A stretch of DNA of 64,000 nucleotides from Eledone cirrhosa (GCA_964016885.1 OZ024743.1:19840001-19904000), one strand, 5' to 3'; shown: positions 1 through 14,612, counted from the first letter of the stretch. Program-made: numbers and translations. The notes: generated by a model not told the origin, from the sequence alone.

Positions 1-769
1 AATTTAATGGCACGCTTGGTCTAATTTGACTTACATCACACCCAACATTATATTAACCGGAAAGTCTCCGTTTAGATAAACTACTATACAACAAGCTAAA
101 GTATTGACCCCATTATGTCCCATGATTAAATAAAATATCCCGGATATTTGTAGATGTTGCATAGGAATGACAGGCATCTGTACTTCCCGACCATGCAGGA
201 GCTCCAATCCATAACAGTTAGTGCATTATCATTGCAGTTTTTACTAATGCGGGGGAAGTAATTGGAGATTAAAATGAGATGATGATAAGTCTAGCCAGGA
301 CTGATTTATAAATTACCAAGTGTCTTCACTCACACGGCTTCCTTTAGGTAAGAGGAAACATGACACTAGTACGTTTGACTGAGACGACTGGATGGAAGAA
401 TAACAAAGAAAGCCAGGAAAGTCATACGCCAAAGCGTTAATGGCACTGCCTTCCATTCCAACGTTTGATGAACGAACGTTGATTCATTGATGAGTTATTC
501 GCTTTTGCAGACAGCTATAGTTTTTTTCTTGTCTGCATGTCCATCCATCTTTCATCCACATGCCAGACTGAAACGTTAGAAAGGGTTTGTCAGTTTAGTC
601 AACAGAGCTACATTACATGTAGTACTAGTTGACATGATTACCAGTAGTAGATGATTTGATCTGACCTAACATGAAAGGCTGTAGTTTATACTGTAGTTTA
701 TACTGTAGTTTACCACGGTATATTGAAGAACAATGGAGGCCAGGCCAGTATTTGTGTCGATTCTTTATA

Positions 770-962
770 TCTCTATATCTCTCTATCTATCTATCTATCT
801 ATCTATCTTACTCTCTCTCTCTCTCTCTCTCCCTCCCTCCCTCTCTCTCTCTCTCTCTCTCTCGCTCACTTTCTATCTATCTCACGCTCTCTCTCACTCT
901 CTCTCTCTCTCTCACTTTATATCTATCTCACTCTCTCTCTCTCTATCTATCTATCTCTCTCT
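770..962. repeat. (CT)n/(CTAT)n microsatellite
   Basis: Directly visible simple repeat; explains the SLSLSL/YLSI ORFs at 671-1105. Confidence 0.95.
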
Positions 963-1522
963 TCGCCTCATCCCCAGTGAAGAAATCGGTTGTGTTTAGA
1001 CTTGGAAAGGAGTGGACTCCTTCAGGTTTCAAGTACTCAAGACACGATGTATGTGATTATGGCCCGCGTGCGACTCAATCAAGAGTTACAGTACAATACA
1101 TATAATTTGAGTACAAAAATGTCGTTAAACATTTAATATCAACTGCAGAATTTATAAGAGTCTTCAAAACTAATGTTTCTATCTCCTCCTGTAGATACGC
1201 ATGAACTATTGTGTCCTACTTCTTACATGTACTAAGGGCGTATTCCATGCCTCCGATCGAAACCTAGGTTTTGATTTTCTGATATAAATCATTCAATCAG
1301 GCTTCTCTGTGTGTTGAACATAAATATCACAAGAACATACACACATATACATATATTGTGAGTGTGTGTATGCATGAGAGCATTGATTACATATCGCACT
1401 TCTGGTTGACTCTACATATTCGTGACCTCGTGATTCTTAATGCTGAAGTATTAATCTGCTCAAGCAAACCTCAACGGATATCAAACCATAACATAGCACT
1501 AAAAAATAAATTGAAATGGTAA

Positions 1523-2449
1523 TAGTCCAGTTCCTTGTGTATTTTCGTTCAAATGTTTTGGAAATTTACTAAACTATACATTTTTGGAAACGTTAGGATA
1601 CAAAAGTCAATGTTGCCATTTTTTTAGGGTTCCGAACATGGCCGTCTTAGGGCTTCAAAATGGCGACCGTTTGAAATCCTAAATTTACCAATATATCCAC
1701 TTCCAAGCCTTTTACTTTCAGTGGCTAAACTTACATTTTAAGCGGCCAGAAGTCTAGAGAAATTAACTACAATCACTTACGTTTAACACGAAGAGAGATT
1801 TTTAAAATAAAAATACCAATGTTAATGACAAAACTGCAAACACCACATGCAAATATGATATTTCTTCTCTAGATCCACTCATAATCAGGATATCGAAGCA
1901 CGAGTCAAACATAATAAAAATAAATTTGTCTTCGCGTACACTTTATTTTAATACATAAAACAAATAAAAATAAATTTGTCTTCACGTACACTTTATTTTA
2001 ATACATAAAACAAATAAAAATAAATTTGTCTTCACGTACACTTTATTTTAATACATAAAACAAATAAAAATAAATTTGTCTTCACGTACACTTTATTTTA
2101 ATACATAAAACAAATAAAAATAAATTTGTCTTCACGTACACTTTATTTTAATACATAAAACAATTAATTCGTGGAGACTTTGCTTTTGTCCATTTCACGA
2201 TAAAATCAGTCATGACTTTTAACAGGCAGGAATATACTGTTGAAAAAGGTTATCGGTAGATACTGTTGAAAAGGGTTATCGGTAGTCACCATTTTGAAAT
2301 TCCAAGATGGCCACCACAGACACCTTGAAAAAAATGGCAACATTGGTTTTTGGATTCAGTATGTCCTAAAGTTTTCGAAAATGTATAGTTTTGCTAATCT
2401 CCAAGAAATCTGAACGAAAGTACCAATCGTTACATTATGAACTTGACTA
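1523..2449. mobile_element. Non-autonomous DNA transposon with ~150-bp imperfect TIRs (Academ-like; Harbinger-type not excluded)
   Basis: Begins TAGTCCAGTTC and ends GAACTTGACTA. 1523-1670 aligns by eye to the reverse complement of ~2283-2449 (shared aaaactatacatttt, aatgttgccattttttt, caaaatgg). TAA on both flanks (1520-1522, 2450-2452) fits a 3-bp TSD. Confidence 0.75.
1914..2163. repeat. 50-bp minisatellite, ~5 near-identical copies, inside the TIR element
   Basis: Unit taaatttgtcttcacgtacactttattttaatacataaaacaaataaaaa at 1921, 1971, 2021, 2071, 2121. Confidence 0.97.
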
Positions 2450-3059
2450 TAACGTTACGTATAATCAGGCATACTTCATTGTGTATTACTTATAAATTGA
2501 TTGGGATGAGTTACCCCCTTTAAAATACCTACATTTATGCTGAACTATTTATATACCGAAAACATGTCTGTATGCATTTGTATATTTAGTAAGTAACAGC
2601 TCTATAAATGGCAAGCTGAATTATTATGAAGTTAAATACCACAACTAGATTTATATTGAAGAATATTACGTTAAGTTTGATAAGGGTAAAGAAGTAAATT
2701 TTTAAATTAAATATCATAAATGAAGAAATATTTACGTGAATATGTAAATTTCCGTGTTACATCACTGTACGGTAGGACCATTCACTCAGGCTGTCATATA
2801 TTTCCAACTAGTTGGAAGTAATTTTCTGAAGTGTCTGTACTCATTGACAATATCCTAAACATTTATTGGCATTTCATGTTTCTCTCCAACAATAGATTCT
2901 GTCAGAGAATGACGACTTACCTACTTACTTGTAATATAAAACATCGTTCCATTGTTTTGAGTTACTTCTAAAACATATATAATCAAAACCCGAATGTGCT
3001 CCAATATTAACGATCTTATTACAAATCCACTTATTTCAATCAATGTTGTGTGTGTATGA

Positions 3060-4560
3060 AGGTGCATAGAAAGGGAGGCAAACTTATATCTCTTGCTCAT
3101 CAGCCAACCTAATGTCTTCGTTCTTCCCCCTTAATAATTTTCTATGCGTATCCTCTAAACCTAGATTTTCATTGTGTCATTTTATATGACCAAGTCACTT
3201 CAGTTTCCGCTTTTCTAGAAGAGTTATATCGTCCACGTACTTCCCAATTATTTCGTTCGTAACATTCTCATGAGTTCAATGTTCTCTATAAGGAATGTGA
3301 GGCATTTTTCTATATCTATGATTATATTTTGTGAAAGCTGCTCTAACTTCAGCAGTCTGTCGTTTTATATTCTTTGATCCCATTTGCTGCGTCATTTCTC
3401 TGCCCAAGGATTTAATTCCTTTAACTTGCTTGAGTGTCTTCTCCTTTATTTCAATTGGAGTGACTATTTTCATATAGCTTTTACTAGTCATCTTCCATTC
3501 TATATCTTCTTGCAGTTATATTAAAACATATCTTTAGGTCATAGAGTTCTTTATTTTGTCTTATTAACTATTGATGTCTTTATCTTCTACTTTAGTATTT
3601 CCTTCAACAGACACAGCGGGTCCGTTATTATATATTTTAAAACACACCGAAACACCAATCATTTTGCATGTTCATATACGGACTTTATGGCATTTATTAT
3701 TAGCAAGATGATGCTATATTTTCTTATAACGAAATCATAGTATCCCATACCACATGCAGCCAAAAGCTTTCTTAAAATCGGTTAATTGGAAATAATTGTT
3801 TGAGTGGTGTTTCATGAATATTTTTCTAGAATATTAACATTACAAATCTACGAAACATTTTTTTCTTATTTGCTGGAAGCCTTTATCATATTGTTACAGG
3901 TGGTTTATTACATTTTAGTTTCTTATTTGCTCGTTTATCTTCATCTGAAGGGGTTTCTGTCGCTGCACATTAAAGGAATGTTATTTTATAATTGTTTTAG
4001 CCGTTACGATCCACCTAAGTTTTATGGCAGTAGCTTTTCTCACAGTATTCTCTCCATCTATCAGTTTATTTGTTTTGGCTAGGATATTGCCGCGTTTAGA
4101 GTTTCTAACCTAACATTTAGTTCCCCATTTGTGTGTAAATATTAACCCAATTGTTATGTTTTCCTCGAATAATTCATTTTCATGTCTCTCTATTTGTTTA
4201 GCGCCTTCGTTAACCCATGTACAATATACTACACAAATTATATTTTTGTTTGCTCTTCTGTCGGCTAAATTGTATTCATCAACTGCTGTTTCATTTTCAA
4301 ATCGTTTTCGTTCGTTTTGATTGATTGAATTTTAATTATTACACGTTTTTGGTTGCTGGCCTTAGCTGAATCTAGAAAAACTTGAGTTTTAGCTTGATTT
4401 AAACTCGATTGATTTATCTTGAAGATAAGAATGAAATCGATCATACTTACCAGCTAAACTTTTCCAAACACCCTGAGCAGCTGATCAAATCTTTGTATCC
4501 CATAGACCTTGAATTATATATATGCTTTTCTCTCTTGTTCGCAATTTTCTCTTGATCTTC
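3060..4560 (-). mobile_element. Highly decayed RTE-clade LINE
   Basis: Minus-strand pieces resemble the APE endonuclease end (IDFILI...SSLNQAKT, ~4340-4445), a linker (WVNEGAKQIE, ~4185-4217), the post-RT region (LKQVKGIKSLG...RAAFTK, ORF 3276-3491) and RKLK*LGHI near 3190-3215. Many stops and indels. Confidence 0.6.
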
Positions 4561-5359
4561 ATCGCTAGTTGAAGCATAAATTTAGCTAATCAAGATGTTC
4601 TTTCGTTTAGCTGCCAGTCATATTTTGTATATTCTGCTGGAAATTTGTGCGCATTGTATTACCCACTTTAAAGGAATTTTATGCACAATGAACTCTGCCT
4701 ACTTTTCATGTTTCTATTGATATTTCATGCCATTAGTAGGTGGAGTTTCTGAAGGAAATGATTATTTATTTTAAATGTTTTGCCTTTTTCTTTAAGGTAA
4801 GAAACAGAGGAAAATGTTTCCGTCTCCGGTTCATCAACCCAAGATTTTTGAGGTTCAAACGAGGTTACTTTCAGTGGTAAGAAAATAGTTCTTTAAATAT
4901 TGAGCTTTCTTCTTGATGCTTTTTGAAATATATTACTAAATGTTACTTGAATGTAGCTTATAGGCAGCTCATTAGTGCTTAACATCTTGGATTGTATTAA
5001 GCAAGTCAGTCCGTGTATACATGTGTATGTATGTATGTATGAATGTATGTGTAGATATAATAATATGTATGTGTGTAAGTAGGTGATTGCGTTTAAGTGT
5101 GTTTATACCTCTGCGTTACATCAGTTCTAACGTGATTTCCAACTGACGTGATATCCAGTAGTCGCCGGCAGTTGAGAGGACAGCTGTCTCTTGAGGAAAG
5201 TACAGATAAAACATAACGAAGATATGCAAAAATGTTATCTGTGGCGAAAGCGATAAACATAACCACTTAAATATCCATCATGACTCAGGAATCACCTAAG
5301 CTCTGCGTGGTCTGAACATCATCGACAAAATCGTCATAATTAAATGAAACCAAAAATTA

Positions 5360-5361
5360 TA

Positions 5362-5403
<42 letters not shown>

Positions 5404-5404
5404 T

Positions 5405-5474
<70 letters not shown>

Positions 5475-5510
5475 GTGCACGCATGTGTGTGTGTGTGTAT
5501 GTGTGTGTAA
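5360..5510. repeat. (CA)n/(TA)n/(TG)n compound microsatellite
   Basis: Directly visible. Confidence 0.95.
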
Positions 5511-5673
5511 AGATACCGAATTTATAGGGCTTTAGAAAGATAACTCTTTAATTGAAGATTAAGCTTGCAAAAATAATTACTGCTACGAATTTATAAATGT
5601 CAATCATGTTATTTCATTATAGAGAATGAACACTAATGTTTCTGAAAACGGAAAAGAGATAAAATAAGAAAAT

Positions 5674-6065
5674 GTATATAAATACTCTGTATTAAAGCAT
5701 TTAGTATATAAACACTTTGTATTAAAGCATCTAGTATATAAACACTCTGTATTAAAGCACATATAATATAAACACTTTGTATTAAAGCATCTAGTATATA
5801 AATACTCTGTATTAAAGCATCTAGTATATAAACACTTTGTATTAAAGCATCTAGTATATAAACACTCTGTATTAAAGCATCTAGTATATAAACACTCTGT
5901 ATTAAAGCATCTAGCATATAAACACTCTGTATTAAAGCATCTAGAATATAAACACTTTAAGCATCTAGCATATAAACACTCTGTATTAAAGCATCTAGTA
6001 TTAAATTAACACTTTGTATTACAGCATCTAGTATTAAATTAACACTTTGTATTAAAGCATCTAGT
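5674..6065. repeat. 30-bp minisatellite, ~13 copies
   Basis: Unit tatataaacactctgtattaaagcatctag; produces the LDALIQSVYI repeat ORF 5633-5917. Confidence 0.97.
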
Positions 6066-6358
6066 AACCATCAAACATTCTTAGGACCACTGTTCTACAG
6101 AAGAGCAACGTATTCAATATGAACTTGTCTCCTTGTCTACTTGAGGTGATTACGCTTGAAGCGTACTTCATGGCTTCATTATAACGATGGAGTCGTACCA
6201 TTATACAAAATTCACATCAGATACCTTGGCTATATAATGGTTTTAACAGACTCACTAGAAATTATTGGGGAACAGAGAGAATGCTGGGAAAATAGCACGT
6301 TTCTGCACTTTAATATCCGAAATAGCTTAAGGCGACTGATTAATCCCATTTGGGGATA

Positions 6359-6398
<40 letters not shown>

Positions 6399-6469
6399 GA
6401 GAGAGATATACAATACATTCAGTTTGCATTAAATTTACAAGTAGTCGTTTTATATGCATGAAAACACTG

Positions 6470-6640
6470 AATTCCCTCACAGATATAAAACGACATTCAT
6501 AAAATATCAATTGTGAGGAGACATCAGATTTTCGTTAATAGATGCAGTGCTACAAAATTAATGAATTTAAAACAAATTCTTATTTCTAATGGGTATACAA
6601 ATAATTTAGTAGAATCGGTCGGAAAGCAATATAAAAAAGA
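6470..6640 (+). mobile_element. Penelope-like RT thumb fragment
   Basis: Translates PHRYKT...LMNLKQILISNGYTNNLVESV, resembling the PLE motif E..L..IL..NGYP...I. Confidence 0.5.
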
Positions 6641-6812
6641 AATTCAACATGGTAAATACAATAAAGTCAATGTCCAGTAAAAACTAAACATGCCAAATAT
6701 AATGAACCAGAAAAACAGTTGAACCAGAAAAAACAGTTGAACCAGAAGAAACAGTTAACAAACTATTGATGCGTCACAGTTAATCATAAACTTGCTTTCG
6801 TAATGAGCTATA

Positions 6813-7400
6813 TACAGGCTGTCTAACAAAAACGGACCAATTTATATTTTTGTCTCCATTATTCCTTTTTTGACAAACACTGATGAAACTCCAAAGATAT
6901 TTAGTTCAAATTATTAAAAGCAACAAATCAAAAATATATCACTATCGTCTAATAGAGTTACAGCACATGTTCTAAGTGATCGCCATTTGAATCTATGCAC
7001 TTTTAGGCACATGGGAAAGTTTAGCATAACGGCTTTACAAACAGACCTAGTGATGGATTTGATCTCCACCCTGATGGTTCCTGGGTTTGTTGCCACATAT
7101 CTTATCCTTCAAAAGAATGAAATATAGGGGACTTTAATCAGGGTCGTGTGGGGCCTACTCGAAATCAGTCTTCAAACTGATCATACGATTTTCAAAATTA
7201 TTTTCAGCCATTCTCATGACCCATTTTAGATGTAAGATCTTGCTCCGTCTCGCTGGAGCCAGAACATATTGATTAGAGATGGGTACATGGTCCGTATTTC
7301 TTTTTTGACGTCTTCCAGGGCCTCCACATATCGTTCCTTTAGCACTAATACCATTTTCTCCGAAGATGAATAGGCGAATGAACCGTCTCTCAGACATTGC
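6813..7400 (-). mobile_element. Tc1/mariner transposase relic (C-terminal catalytic half)
   Basis: Minus-strand fragments FWLQRDGARSY (cf. WFQQDGA..H), a decayed WPPxSPDLxP-type motif (~7130-7158), KDKICGNKP and CIDSNGDHLEHVL*. TIR-like tacaggctgtc at ~6813. Confidence 0.75.
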
Positions 7401-8984
7401 AGCCTAGATGTTAGATTTAGCTGAACGGAGAAGTTTCACAGCCACTTTAGCTGATTTATCTGACTCCTAAATGAAATTGGGCTGCATCAGAGATCTACTG
7501 CAGATTCTGAAAAAGTGTGTGTGTGTGTGTGTTGGGGGAAGGGGGGTCCTGAGCATTTTCTAAGCCATACCCTTTCTCTTGGTCATATTAACTATAGGAA
7601 GCTTTTATTTAGTTTGTATTCTGTAGGGATACTTCTTAAGATCCTCTTTGACAAACCTTTTGCACGTTTCTGTGGAGAGAGAGACAATGATTGGGTTCTG
7701 CGTAGTGATCGTTTTATGAAGTCAACGGAAGCATACGTGAGAGAGAAATAAAGCACCTATATGCCGTTTTCAGTAGACTAGAATTTTGGTAGTTGAGAGG
7801 AGATACCAGCCATCTTTGCTATCATTTATATCTAGATTATTTACTTTATAAGGGATATAGTAATACTGGGAAATGCAGGCCTAAAGGCCATTCTAAAGCT
7901 GCATTGCGCATGTATCTTACCTTACTATGACTTGTATTTCACGCGAAATATAACGTCAGGGAGATGCTATAATGTGGTGGAAACTTTAATTAAGAACTCG
8001 CCACATCAGCGGTACAAAGTATCGGTTGTTGGAGCTAGAGTTGTATTAAACAAACAAGTGTGTATGTACATACGTGTGTGTATATATATATGTGTGTGTG
8101 AGTGTGTGTGTGTGTGTGAGTGTGTGTGTGAGTGTATGTGTGTAATTGGGTGTGTTTTAGGTCTGCTTGTACTTAAATATATTTATGTTTATGTGGGAAA
8201 TGAGTAGTGGTGCATTCAATCTCCACTCAGTTCCAAGGAGATATTTGAAAGCTAAAAATCTCAATGAATCAACTAAAGATGACAATCTGAGACAAATGAA
8301 CATATTTTGAATTAAGTTATTTAAATAATCTGTATTATACTGAAGAGCTATTAACATTTATTTCCCATTGGTTAGATTTATTACTGTCAGTAGTTATGTA
8401 AGATACTTAAACAAACGTAGCTTCTTTCAAGTCACTAAAGATAATTTGTATTCGTATACATTTAAAGTATTATGCAATTTAAAATTAAATGACAGTTATT
8501 AATTGTAATATATACATGTATATTATAGCTAATTTATATATATACATGTGTGCATATATACATGTGTGTATAAATATGTATGTAAAACAATTATTAATGT
8601 GTGTGTGTATGGAGAGTAAGTGCGTAAGAATAGGTGTGTGTGTGAGAGAGAGAAAGAAGTGAAGAGCATGATGGAAAGGAAGATTTGACATGTGGTCAAC
8701 TAAGATAGTTTTGGTTGTTGAACTGATGGTGCCTTATAGAAATAAAGTATAACCAAGGTAATTGTGACCCATGCAGAGTTCAATTGCAAGAGGTGGTAGT
8801 ACATAGGCATCCAATGTCATTGGGCTCATCCAAAATTATTAAAAGATAGTAGACTTTAGTAACTCACAGACTTTAGTAACTCACAATTTATTTGGTACCA
8901 GTACATGAAAACATAGGTGGATTATTGACAGAATCATTGGAATAACGAATTCAATGATCTGCGGTGTTCATTCCGATTCTCTGA

Positions 8985-9070
8985 AACGGCGTTCAAATCC
9001 TGCTGAAGGCAACATTAGTTTCCATTGAGTGTCGATAAATGTATTGCCAGTCTAATACTGAGGTCAAATA
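8985..9070 (+). mobile_element. Decayed SINE fragment
   Basis: gttcaaatcc...gtcgataaat...ccagt...actgaggtc matches the SINE family also seen at 42640-42860 and, reversed, at 33585-33760. Confidence 0.5.
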
Positions 9071-9689
9071 TTTTATTTCCCTTTGTCACTCTCGCTCTGA
9101 CTTTCATCCAGCACGCATAATTTCAGTGCCTGAGCAATTTTGGCCTTTGGCCAAAAGCTTATCAACTGAGTTCATCGTGAGGATCATCATGAGGGACAGG
9201 CAAATTTTCAATATTGTGACAGATTTGTAGGGGACAAGCTTGAAAGGACTGAGAAATGGTTTTTCTCTTTCTCTTCAGTCAAGCCCTCATAAGATTCTTC
9301 AAATTCCAACTAAAGAGAAACCTCTGGTTGGAAAAGAAGGTGCTACCTTCAGGTTAAGTTTGCTGAAATGGTAAAATAGCTTAAGTGAATGAGCCTTTTT
9401 CCACAACAAGCATGTATAGAAAATAGAACAACCATCAAAGAGGGCCATTTCTCTTGAAAATTAAGTGGATCCTGAATCTGTGGATTTCATCTTTTGGCCC
9501 TGATATCCCTCCGTATTATTAAGATGTGCTTGTTATTGTGGTTTTATGTTAAATCTGGTTTATTGGCATCATCAACATCATTATCATCATCTTTTTTCCA
9601 TATGACAAACAGATCTTGTGTCGTCTTTACAAACCCAGGAGTAAATCATAATACATTATCATGGAATTCTTCAGCGTTGATTGTTTTCT

Positions 9690-10240
9690 CCGTGACTATA
9701 ACAAGATTGTTCATACTCAACATTCTTGCAATTTCTTTTTTCAGATTTTTGTATTTCTTAATTTTTTTGTTCTTTCTCAGACACGCTGTTGTCATCTGGA
9801 GATAATATATCCATTATTGTGTTTTCTTTTTATTTTACGATAGCAATGTAAGGTTCTAAGTCTCAATTATTCCATCACATTAGATCTTCTTCCTTCATTT
9901 TGTCTTGTGAATACAAAGCCATTGAAAGTCAGTTTTCGGTTGGAATGCCACCTACATTGATATCAATTTCCGAGTATTTTCTTTGTAGCGACGAGTTATA
10001 TCATATTTTATGTGAGTGTCCTTGCTCCATACCACATTAATGACACTACCCATGTGTTTATTAGTAGTAACATGTTTTTTTTTCATTTAATGTTGTCTTT
10101 AACACCATGTTTAATCTCCTGTAGTATATTTTTCTAAATAGTTCCTTTATTTCTGTCTCCCTGTTTTGTCGACTTCTAATTGTCGACTTCACCGCCAAGT
10201 AAAACTCCCCCATCTGCTGACACCATATTTTCTCTTTTTA
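9690..10240 (-). mobile_element. Decayed R4/Dong-like RLE non-LTR retrotransposon with internal deletion
   Basis: Minus strand gives KIYYRRLNMVLKTTLN...INTWVVSLMWYG...TRKLISM and IMDILSPDDNSVSEKEQ...KYKNLKKEIARM, the same motifs as the ORFs at 60.5-62.1 kb. Confidence 0.7.
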
Positions 10241-10809
10241 TAATAAAGCATAGCTCACTTTTTCATTTAGAATTCTATTTTTATGACTGCTAAATAAGTA
10301 AACAGATTCAACCAGAGAATCTATCTAGTTATTAGTCTTGCCGAACAGATTAAGATATTCGATAAACAAAAGGTGTTTAATCTTAAATAGTTTAAAACTT
10401 ATGAATTATCGAAGCTTTAATGTGTGAAAAGTTTGAAAATGCGAGAGTGTTAAACACAGAAAATAAATGCAATATAGTCGATTACTATAAATAATATTTG
10501 AGAAAAGTCGGTAAATTACATTTAGGAACAGAAACAAAATGTTGACTTAGGCGTTCTGTCCACATTTTTCCGTCTCTAAGGTGAATTTGCCCAAATTTCT
10601 GAACTATTATTTATAGTGATCGACTGTTATTACAATTATTTTCTACGTTTGAGACACATTTTCGAACTTACATTGTTTTTTTACCCCATTCATACTCAGC
10701 ATCAATGCCATCATGCATAATAAAAACAGTACTGAGATATCTTCCAAGATGTTAGTATGTCTATCACATTAGAAATTTCTTTTTGTATTTGAATTGTTCA
10801 TTCAACGGA

Positions 10810-11045
10810 ACGGTCTCTGCGTACACTAAATGTGAAAGCGGCTGAGCATTCCACAGACACATGTACTCTTTATGTAATTCTTAGTGAGATTCAGCACGGT
10901 AAATTTCGTGATAAGGTTGGCCCTATAAATTCCCAGTACACTGAGTGAACTGGGACAATGTAAAATAAAGTGTCTTGCTCAAAAACAAAATGCCCCGACG
11001 GGAATCCAACTAACAACCTTACGAATATGCTAACCGTTAAACCAA
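10810..11045 (-). mobile_element. tRNA-derived SINE
   Basis: Reverse complement contains ttgagcaagacactttattttacattgtcccagttcactcag, the core shared with copies at 27670, 29943 and 50215. Confidence 0.75.
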
Positions 11046-12229
11046 TAATATCATTCAGTTAAATATGAAATTTACCGCTACGTCATACTACACGTACACT
11101 AGCAAACACACTCAAACATACATATAGGCACTAAAATATTGTACGCTGTATGTTATAACATTATATGCCGTGTATCATGACACGATATTTTGGCGTTGTT
11201 ATTACCCTTACCTATGACCAAAGCGCTGCGGCTTTTGTCATCCCATCTTTTATTCAGAGGGTTTATCTGAGATCTAGGACTACATCATCTAACATGTACT
11301 AGATTGTTTTTATGAAGTGATTTAATGCAAACATGTAGTTGATATATATTGTAGGTCAAGCGACTACGTAAATAATCCCTGATTTATTTATATAGCCAGC
11401 CGTATCTTGAAAGTTTAAAAACTAGGTGTTTTATTTTAATTTGATTTTCTTCATAAATAGTATCAATGTAAAAATATCAACAACAATAGTAAGACCGCAC
11501 TGAATATAAGTCTCTTTTATCAACATTTACAAAAAATATCTAATCTCTATTTTTTTCACTGAATCTAAGCCAATAATTAATATCCCCTCTAATAAGATAT
11601 AAAACCAAGTTTTTGGTGCTGTTACAAATTAAATAAATAAAACTTAGAAAAATTAAATACTTCATTGCACTGAAGAAGCCATATTGATTAATCTTAAATT
11701 AAGCTCGATGTTTGAGAATTTATTATGCAGCTATATTAAAAAAATTAGCTTAAATATGCTTCTGAATGTGTGTGTGTTTGTGAGTGTGCGTGTGCTAGCG
11801 TATGTAAGTGTGTATAATAATGTATATGATAATGCGTGTATGTGTGTGTATGTGTGGGATAATATATATATGCGTTTGTGTGTGTTAGTACATATTTCTC
11901 TATATGTGAATGGGTAGCTCACTGTATCAATGTGTATGAATGGGTATAATCAATACGTGTATACAAATGTGTGTGTGTCTGTGAATTTCTATGTGAGTAT
12001 GTATAAGATTGTGTATGAATTTATACGAGTCTATGTGTGGGTGAGTACGTGTGACGGTGCTTTTCTGTATGATTATCTTCGGAAGGAAAACCTATAAAAT
12101 GAGAAAGAAAATGTGTCCATGATTTTCTAAAAAAGCAAAACATTAGTACTTTAATATGCTTTTCAGTGATTACGGATGTTTATAAATATGTCTATGCTGA
12201 AGCTATAGTAACGATCGTACTGCCGGGCA

Positions 12230-12514
12230 ATCATAATGACGAGGGCGATGATGATGATAATGAAGAAGAGGAGGGGGGGTAAGGAGAAGGAGGAAGTGGA
12301 GAAGATGAGGAAGAGAAAGTGAGAAGGAAGTGGAGGGGGGGGGGGTGAAACTAAAGGTATGTGGAGGAGATGGAAGAGGCGACGATGACGACTTGGGGGA
12401 AGAGGAGGTTGAAAGTTAAAGGATGACGATGGGGTGTGTAGAGGAGGTAGAGGAAGGGGAGTAAAAGAGATTGAAACTAAAAAGATGATCATGATGATGA
12501 TGGTGATGATGATT

Positions 12515-12553
<39 letters not shown>

Positions 12554-12775
12554 GTGGTGATAATGATGATGACGTTGATGATGATGATAACGACAACTCC
12601 GATTATGATGGTGATGATGATGATGATGATGATGAAGAGAACTCTGAAAATGAAAATGTTGATGAGAATATTAATGGGAAATGATAAAGATGGCGACGAT
12701 AATGATAAGAATGACGGTGGTGATGATAATAATAAGAATGATGATGATGATGATGATGAAGATGATGATGACGCC
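12230..12775. repeat. Purine-rich low complexity plus (GAT)n microsatellite
   Basis: Directly visible; explains the poly-M/poly-D ORF. Confidence 0.9.
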
Positions 12776-13624
12776 CACCAAGTTCATGATTCGTAAATGA
12801 GGAGAATCTTTATCTTCTTCTTGTTTCCTTTCTTTCTTAAATCTACATCAGTTCTGTCTATCCTCGCCCAACCCCTCTCTCTCTCTTTCTTTCTCTCCCT
12901 CTCCTATTTCTTTCCTTTCCTCATTTTCTCTCCCGCTCTCTTTTTCTCCTCCTCCATCTCCCTCTCTTAATTTAGTTTACCTCCTTTCCTTATTTCTCTC
13001 TGTCTCTCACTTCTCTTTGTCCGTCTTCTTCTTTTTGTGATGTCTCTACACAAATATTTTACATATGTTTATGTAGTTCCTTCCGTTACGTTTCCCCACT
13101 TTCTTTCTTTCTTTATTCATATCTAGTTTTGTTTCTTTCGTTTTATAATAGCGAGGTTTCATCTGAGCAAACAAATGTTTAGTTTAAAGAGAAGTGAAAA
13201 ATACTGGTCTAAGCAATTTCAAGCTATTGATCTTCAGAAAATGTCGAAGTTGAAATCACTGGAAGTAAGAAAAGGAGGAATGATACATTGTGAGAGAGTG
13301 ACAGTGAAAAAGTGGAATGCTATTATAGAGAAAGAGAGACAGACAGATATAGAGAGTGAGACAGAGAAATTGATAAATATAAGTATTGCATATGAATGAT
13401 TTGTGTACGTATGTGGCTGTCTTTGTGGTTGAGCATTCATGTGTATATGGTTAAATATGTGTTTAATGATATATGCAAATATATCTATTATGCACTTATA
13501 TACTATGTATGTGTCAGAAAATTGTATATAAGGACGTGCTTATATGTCAGTATGTATGTGCTTCCTTGTTTCCTTCATGAAGAATCATCTATAAAATTTA
13601 TACACACACAATTCACACTTCAAA

Positions 13625-13729
13625 TACATATATATATGCATGTATATATACATATATATATACATATATATATACATATATATATACATATATATGTAAT
13701 ATAAATATATATATATATATACATATATA

Positions 13730-13767
<38 letters not shown>

Positions 13768-14108
13768 ATATAAATATATATATATATAATATAAATATAT
13801 ATATATAATATAAATATATAATATAAATATATATATAATATATAATATAAATATATATATATATAATATATATATATATTATATATAATATAAATATATA
13901 TATATATAATATAAATATATATATATATATATAATGTATAATATAAATATATATTTATAATATATATATATATATATTATATATATATATATATATATAA
14001 TATATAATATAAATATATATTTATAATATATATATATATATAATATAAATATATATATAATGCATATTTATATATATAATATATATATATAATATATAAT
14101 ATAAATAT

Positions 14109-14142
<34 letters not shown>

Positions 14143-14202
14143 ATATAAATATATATATATAAAATTTATAATATAAATATATATATATATATATAAATAT
14201 AC

Positions 14203-14233
<31 letters not shown>

Positions 14234-14316
14234 CATATATATAATATAGATATATATATATATAAGATATATATATATATATATATATCAGATATAGATA
14301 TATATATATATATAAT

Positions 14317-14348
<32 letters not shown>

Positions 14349-14426
14349 ATATATATAATATATATATATAATATATATATATAATATATATATATATAAT
14401 ATATATATATAATATATATATATAAT

Positions 14427-14473
<47 letters not shown>

Positions 14474-14481
14474 TATATAAT

Positions 14482-14556
<75 letters not shown>

Positions 14557-14581
14557 TATATATATATATTATATATATATA

Positions 14582-14612
<31 letters not shown>

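Noticed and set aside
1250-1280. GAAA-CCTAGG-TT as a hammerhead 3' half
   Set aside because: No upstream CUGANGA or stem I; it is a short quasi-palindrome.
1914-6065. Regular 50-bp and 30-bp repeats as CRISPR-like arrays (also the 47-bp array at 27345)
   Set aside because: Units are contiguous with no unique spacers, no cas genes are present, and the context is eukaryotic.
8680-8760. WSTKIVLVVELMVPY resembling an RLE nuclease ELTVP motif
   Set aside because: Only about 20 codons with no flanking support.
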